Below are positions 6,574-11,325 of a DNA stretch of 11,325 bases, one piece after another. Made by a program: the position numbers and the translations under genes. The notes below the pieces were generated by a model. That model did no database searches, was not told the DNA's origin, and saw nothing but the letters and a program-made list of their open reading frames with translations. The stretch comes from a candidate division WOR-3 bacterium. Lineage in GTDB: Bacteria; Hydrothermota; Tepidihabitantia; Tepidihabitantales; CAIPLT01. Each line of letters starts with the position of its first letter. Within the stretch, counting starts at the first letter, position 1. The DNA is taken from the NCBI GenBank assembly GCA_965649215.1, contig CBFGJZ010000011.1:11160-22484 (forward strand), read 5' to 3'.

Positions 6574-9123
6574 TTATTTTTTTAGTTTAGAACAATAAAG
6601 TATTTTTGCTATATCAATAAAAGCTATTGAGAAAATTGTTATTAATAAACATACAAAAATTTGTTTTAAGGTGGGGGGATAAAATTTAAATAAACTACGA
6701 AGAAATGGGAAACAAACAGTCAAAATAAGAAAAAATATCGCACTTGTAAATACAATCCATAGTGCCTTATTAGGAGTATACAGGGTCTTTATAATCAATT
6801 CTTTGCGAGATCGGTTGAGGAAGATTAGTCCTATATTGCTAAGTACTAAAACTATAAATGAAAATGTTCGAGCTTCTTGGTTACGGAATCCACGTTTTAA
6901 CGCAATTATATAAATAAGTGCTACAACTGCTAAAATTATTATGCCTTGAAGGAGTCCTAAGAAAATCATTTGATGGTCAAACAATGGTTCATTAAATTTA
7001 CGGGGCGGTCTTTTCATAATATTTTGTTCTGCTGGTTCCATTTCAAAGACAATAGAACAAGCAGGGTCAATTATGAGTTCTAAAAATACTATATGCATAG
7101 GTAATAAAGCTAAGGGTAATTTAAATAAGGTAGGTATAATAGACATGCCGACTATAGGAATATGAACGGCAAAAATATAGGAAATTGCTTTTTTTAAATT
7201 ATCAAAAACTCTTCGGCCAGTTCGAATAGCTGATACTAAAGAAGTAAAATTATCATCGAGTAAAACTAATGCTGCAGCTTCACGCGCAACATCGGTTCCT
7301 CGTTTACCCATTGCAATTCCAATATCTGCTGCCTTCAATGCTGGGGCATCGTTTACGCCATCACCCGTCATAGCAACAATTTCATAATTGGATTTAAGGG
7401 ACTTTACTATTCGTAATTTCTGTTGAGGAGTTACACGAGCAAAAATAGTTGTTGACTTTATTTTTTGCTGTAAGTCGGCTTCACTTAAAAAGTCTAATTC
7501 ATCCCCAGTAAGTATATTTTCACTTATATTATTCAATCCAATTTGTTGAGCGATTTTTAATGCAGTTTTAGGATAATCGCCAGTTATCATAATGACTTTT
7601 ATTCCCGCTTCATAACATTCACGAATTGCATTCTTGACTTCAGGACGGATAGGATCTGTGAGACCAAGTAAACCTATAAATTTAAATTTAAAATAATGCT
7701 GGTGAGAGGGAAGAGCAGTTATAGGGAACTTAGCAAACGCAACACCAATTATTCGCAATCCAAATTCTGCTAAGCGGTTGATATTGATTTTCAATTCATC
7801 CATTTGTAATGATGAAAAATGACATAAATCTGCTATTGCTTCGGGAGAACCCTTAGCGGCAATGATTAATTCGCCACCATTAGGTGATTGCCAAACACGC
7901 GACATCGCCATTAATTTTTCGGAGAGGGGATATTCACGCAAAAGTTGCCAATTATGATGAAGATGCTCAGTATTTGACAAGGTTCTTATTCCTAATTCTT
8001 TCATTGCTTTTTCCATAGGATCAAATGGATCAGTGGGACTTGCGAGAATACTTATTTCGACTATTTCATGTAATTCTTCAGGTAATGTTTTTAATTGGTC
8101 GCTGATATCGTAAATATTATTATTAATTAAAATCTTAGAGACACTCATTTGATTGAGCGTGAGAGTTCCTGTTTTATCGACACACAAAACAGTAGTTGCG
8201 CCAAGCATTTCTACTGCAGGGAGATGCCGAGTTAAGACTTTCCATTGTGAAATTCGCCATGCTCCTAAAGCAAGAAATACTGTTAAGACAACGGGTAATT
8301 CTTCAGGTAAAATTGCCATTGCCATAGTAATTCCAGCGATAATAGCATCAAGCCATTTTTGCATATTTATTCCGTAAATTATAATTAGAATTAGAGATAA
8401 AGATAACCCGATTAGGGAAAATATTTTGATAATATGATTAGTTTGCTTTTGGACGTTAGTTTTTTCAATTTTTATCGTTTGTAACGATTTACCTATTTTA
8501 GCAAGCTCAGTATCTTGTCCAGTTCGTATCACCTGACAAATTGCATTTCCCTTCACAACTAGAGTTCCTGCAAAGACAATAGAGTGATGATCTTTCATAT
8601 AATTAAGATCTGCTAGTTTATTTCGATAAGGATATTTAGGAACTGCGAATGATTCTCCAGTTAGCATAGATTCATCAACACTAAGATGAAAAGATTGCAA
8701 AACTATGGCATCAGCAGGTATTCGGTCACCTTCACTTAATAAGATTATATCATCACGTACGACATCACGTCCTGCAATTCTTTGTTTTGAACCATCACGT
8801 ATAACCAAAGCACGCGGGCTAGATAAATTTCTTAATGTTTTAAGTGTCCTTTCAGTTTTGCGTGTTTGAATGATGGTAATAGTAATAATAATAACAACAA
8901 AACTTAAGAGCATTAGGGCTTCGAGATGGTCGCCGAAAATGAAATAGATAATACTGCAAATAAACAAAAGAATAAACATCGGTTCAATTATTATATTAAG
9001 AAGAGTACTGAAAAAAGTATGATTTTTAACAGTTGTTAAGTCATTATAACCATATTTATTCAAGCGTTCAGTTACTTCCTGTTCACTTAATCCTTGGATA
9101 GGATAATTTTCGTCTAAATACAT
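6574..9123 (-). CDS. Cation-translocating P-type ATPase (type II-like), substrate uncertain
   Basis: 849 aa. GLS..EV..RLNKYGYN N-terminus, VDESMLTGES, phosphorylation motif DKTGTLT (8158-8178), DPME, KGSPE, DPIR, MITGD, MTGDGVNDAPALK and LLDDNF, with about 10 TM segments. M4 reads PEELP. Confidence 0.95.
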   Translation of the reverse strand: MYLDENYPIQGLSEQEVTERLNKYGYNDLTTVKNHTFFSTLLNIIIEPMFILLFICSIIYFIFGDHLEALMLLSFVVIIITITIIQTRKTERTLKTLRNLSSPRALVIRDGSKQRIAGRDVVRDDIILLSEGDRIPADAIVLQSFHLSVDESMLTGESFAVPKYPYRNKLADLNYMKDHHSIVFAGTLVVKGNAICQVIRTGQDTELAKIGKSLQTIKIEKTNVQKQTNHIIKIFSLIGLSLSLILIIIYGINMQKWLDAIIAGITMAMAILPEELPVVLTVFLALGAWRISQWKVLTRHLPAVEMLGATTVLCVDKTGTLTLNQMSVSKILINNNIYDISDQLKTLPEELHEIVEISILASPTDPFDPMEKAMKELGIRTLSNTEHLHHNWQLLREYPLSEKLMAMSRVWQSPNGGELIIAAKGSPEAIADLCHFSSLQMDELKININRLAEFGLRIIGVAFAKFPITALPSHQHYFKFKFIGLLGLTDPIRPEVKNAIRECYEAGIKVIMITGDYPKTALKIAQQIGLNNISENILTGDELDFLSEADLQQKIKSTTIFARVTPQQKLRIVKSLKSNYEIVAMTGDGVNDAPALKAADIGIAMGKRGTDVAREAAALVLLDDNFTSLVSAIRTGRRVFDNLKKAISYIFAVHIPIVGMSIIPTLFKLPLALLPMHIVFLELIIDPACSIVFEMEPAEQNIMKRPPRKFNEPLFDHQMIFLGLLQGIIILAVVALIYIIALKRGFRNQEARTFSFIVLVLSNIGLIFLNRSRKELIIKTLYTPNKALWIVFTSAIFFLILTVCFPFLRSLFKFYPPTLKQIFVCLLITIFSIAFIDIAKILYCSKLKK

Positions 9124-9154
9124 AATAATAACTTATTAGATATATTGATTGAGA

Positions 9155-10534
9155 TTATTTTTGAATACGATCATTTGAACTTGGAATGTTCATTTCTTCT
9201 CGATATTTTGCGACAGTTCGTCGTGAAATATTAATATTTTCATTTGCTAATAACTTAACAATCGCATCGTCAGTGAGAGGATTTTTTTTGTCTTCGTTGC
9301 TTATAAAATTAGAAATTTTTTCTTTTATACTATTTCGACTAAAATCACCGACACCGCTTGAAAAAAAATATTTTAAAGGAAAGATCCCGACCGGCGTTTC
9401 TACATATTTACCTTGAATGGCGCGTGAGATAGTAGAAATGTGAACTGAAAATTTTTCGGCAAGAGTACGGATTGAAAGTGGCTTTAAATATTCTTTTCCT
9501 TTGGTTAAAAATTCGAGCTGGTTTTCAATGATATAATTGATAATTTTTTGAAGTAAAGTTTTTCTCGATTCAATTGCTTTTATTAAGTTAATGGCATTTT
9601 GGACTTTACTACGAGCGAATTTTACAATTTCATCCGAAAAATTTTTAGGATTTAGGAGAATATCTCGATAATTACGAGCAATCCGTAATGATGGAATATT
9701 TTCATCATTTAAAAATCCTATTAATTTATCATTTTGCCATATTATTGTAAAGTCAGGATTAATATAAGAAGGAGTTGTTATATTTAAATATCGACGAGCA
9801 GGAACAGGATCTAATTGTTTTAGGTTTAGAATCGCAGAGTAAATGATATTTTCTGAGACTTTTAGATTTTCTGCGAGCTTAGAAAAATTTCTATTTAGTA
9901 ATAAATCATAATAATCTCTTATTATTATGACTTCGATAGAATTATCAGAAAAGCCTAAGATTTTTAACTGAATTAAGAGGGCTTCTTGAAGATTATGGGA
10001 AGCAATTCCGCCAGGTTCAATTTGTTGAATCAAATGAATTATTTTGGTAACTGTCTCAGCTGATACTGAAAAATGTTGACAGATTTCTTCAATGGTTATT
10101 TTTAAAAAACCCTGATTATCAAGATTACCAATAATATATTCAGCAATTGGGATTTCTGAGTCTGACAAACGAGGTATTATGATATTTAACAAATTTTGTT
10201 CGAAGCTTTCTTTTGTGATAGCAGTCGTTTCTAAAGCGTCATTTAAAGATACATTATTCTCATTGAAAATAGCTGAATCATCTCCTAATAAATCTTTTAA
10301 ATCGAACTCATCTTTATTTGTATCTTGAATTATATCTGATTCAAATTCAATCATCTCGGTATCTGTTTGATTTGCTTCTTCTGTACCCGAAATAATTTCT
10401 AACGCTGGGTTTTGTTCTATTTCATTCTGAACCAAAGTTTCTAATTCTGGATTTGGTAAGGTTAATATTTTTAAGTTAGTTATTAATTGTGGGGTTATAA
10501 TTTGTTTTTGAGTTAATTGCAAATCAGGCTTCAT
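9155..10534 (-). CDS. rpoN: RNA polymerase sigma-54 factor
   Basis: 459 aa. Region I LQLTQKQIITPQL...EIEQNPALE, IIGNLDNQGFL, EPGGIA, LKPL...HISTISR HTH, PLKYFFS, and RpoN box SRRTVAKYRE. ATGA overlap with the lptB stop. Confidence 0.96.
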   Translation of the reverse strand: MKPDLQLTQKQIITPQLITNLKILTLPNPELETLVQNEIEQNPALEIISGTEEANQTDTEMIEFESDIIQDTNKDEFDLKDLLGDDSAIFNENNVSLNDALETTAITKESFEQNLLNIIIPRLSDSEIPIAEYIIGNLDNQGFLKITIEEICQHFSVSAETVTKIIHLIQQIEPGGIASHNLQEALLIQLKILGFSDNSIEVIIIRDYYDLLLNRNFSKLAENLKVSENIIYSAILNLKQLDPVPARRYLNITTPSYINPDFTIIWQNDKLIGFLNDENIPSLRIARNYRDILLNPKNFSDEIVKFARSKVQNAINLIKAIESRKTLLQKIINYIIENQLEFLTKGKEYLKPLSIRTLAEKFSVHISTISRAIQGKYVETPVGIFPLKYFFSSGVGDFSRNSIKEKISNFISNEDKKNPLTDDAIVKLLANENINISRRTVAKYREEMNIPSSNDRIQK

Positions 10535-11262
10535 ATTCTAAATTTCTCTCCTAAATAATGTTCCCGTGCCAAAGGGTTATTGATCAGTTCATGTGGTGAA
10601 CCATGTATTAATATTTTGCCATCATAGATAATATATGTGCGATCGGTTATCTCTAAAGTTTCTCGAACATTATGGTCGGTGATGAAGATGCCTAATCCTT
10701 CTTGTTTGAGTTGAACAATGATATCTTGAATTTCGCTACGAATAATCGGGTCAATACCAGTGAAAGGTTCATCAAGAAGGAGAAATTTAGGATTTGTTAC
10801 TAAGGCACGGGCTAATTCAACTCGCCTTCGTTCGCCCCCAGAAAGACTACTTGCTTTATGATTAGCAAGGTGATCAACAGCAAGTTTTTTTAAGTATAAG
10901 TCAGCAGTAGTTGACATTTGAGTTTTTGTGACATTGAGAAATTCGAGAATGGCTAAGAGATTTTCACGAACAGTCAGTTTTCTAAACACGGATGGTTCTT
11001 GCGCTAAGTAACCAATACCTAAACGAGCTCTTTGATATACAGGTTTTTCAGTAATATCTTCTAAACCTAAAAAGATTTTACCTGCTTCGGGTTTAATGAA
11101 TCCAGTGATCATATGAAAGGTAGTTGTTTTGCCCGCACCATTGGGACCTAATAAACCAACAATTTCTTGTTGCAGTATATGTAATGAAACATTATTAACA
11201 ACTTTTCTTGAGTTATAACTCTTACTTATATTCTTAATCTCAAGCGATAGTTTATTTGTCAT
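10531..11262 (-). CDS. lptB: LPS export ABC transporter ATP-binding protein
   Basis: 243 aa. Walker A GPNGAGKT, RARLGIGYLAQEPSVFRKLTV (LptB Q-loop region), signature LSGGERRR (LptB-specific E), LLDEPF, ITDHNVRETL and YLGEKF. Classic lptB-rpoN synteny. Confidence 0.95.
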   Translation of the reverse strand: MTNKLSLEIKNISKSYNSRKVVNNVSLHILQQEIVGLLGPNGAGKTTTFHMITGFIKPEAGKIFLGLEDITEKPVYQRARLGIGYLAQEPSVFRKLTVRENLLAILEFLNVTKTQMSTTADLYLKKLAVDHLANHKASSLSGGERRRVELARALVTNPKFLLLDEPFTGIDPIIRSEIQDIIVQLKQEGLGIFITDHNVRETLEITDRTYIIYDGKILIHGSPHELINNPLAREHYLGEKFRI

Positions 11263-11268
11263 TATTGT

Positions 11269-11298
11269 ATATTAATATGTAAAATGTGATTCCGTCAA
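11269..11298 (-). promoter_or_regulatory. Putative sigma70-type promoter for lptB-rpoN
   Basis: On the minus strand: TTGACG (11298-11293), 18-nt spacer, TAATAT (11274-11269), then 6 nt to the ATG at 11262. Confidence 0.6.
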
Positions 11299-11325
11299 GT
11301 AGCTTTTATTGGGTAAAATTCAAGA

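Noticed and set aside
6673..6678. G6 homopolymer in the ATPase gene as a phase-variation tract
   Set aside because: Too short, explained by Pro-Pro codons, and the frame is intact.
8153..8377. 74-aa plus-strand ORF
   Set aside because: Antisense to the conserved M4/DKTGT region of the P-type ATPase.
9186..9416. 76-aa plus-strand ORF
   Set aside because: Antisense to the RpoN box region.
10553..10572. TTGGCACG on the minus strand just upstream of rpoN (possible autoregulatory sigma54 site)
   Set aside because: There is no -12 TTGC element at the right spacing, and the sequence is explained by LptB codons (LAR).

Overview
AT-rich bacterial chromosomal segment (roughly 30% GC by eye). lptB-rpoN and a DUF2723 protein point to a diderm organism, and hypA plus feoAB to a probable anaerobe; the exact taxon cannot be read from the sequence. 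The + strand carries the 3' part of a diadenylate cyclase (cdaA/dacA), an 896-aa DUF2723/TMEM260-like GT-C membrane protein with C-terminal TPRs, an isolated hypA, and a fur-feoA-(VOC/methylmalonyl-CoA-epimerase-like)-feoB cluster. That cluster has a perfect sigma70 promoter overlaid by two Fur-type boxes. The - strand carries lptB-rpoN and a type II-like P-type ATPase, converging on feoB with only 8 bp between the stops. No mobile element, CRISPR array or RNA gene is evident. The most interesting signals are: (i) a VOC-fold protein with an altered metal-ligand set embedded between feoA and feoB, next to an orphan HypA; (ii) a P-type ATPase with a non-canonical, His/Glu-containing membrane ion site; (iii) an apparently leaderless, autoregulated fur transcript, with similar leaderless geometry at lptB; and (iv) a TMEM260-like putative protein O-glycosyltransferase directly after cdaA. 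The functional links are inference.
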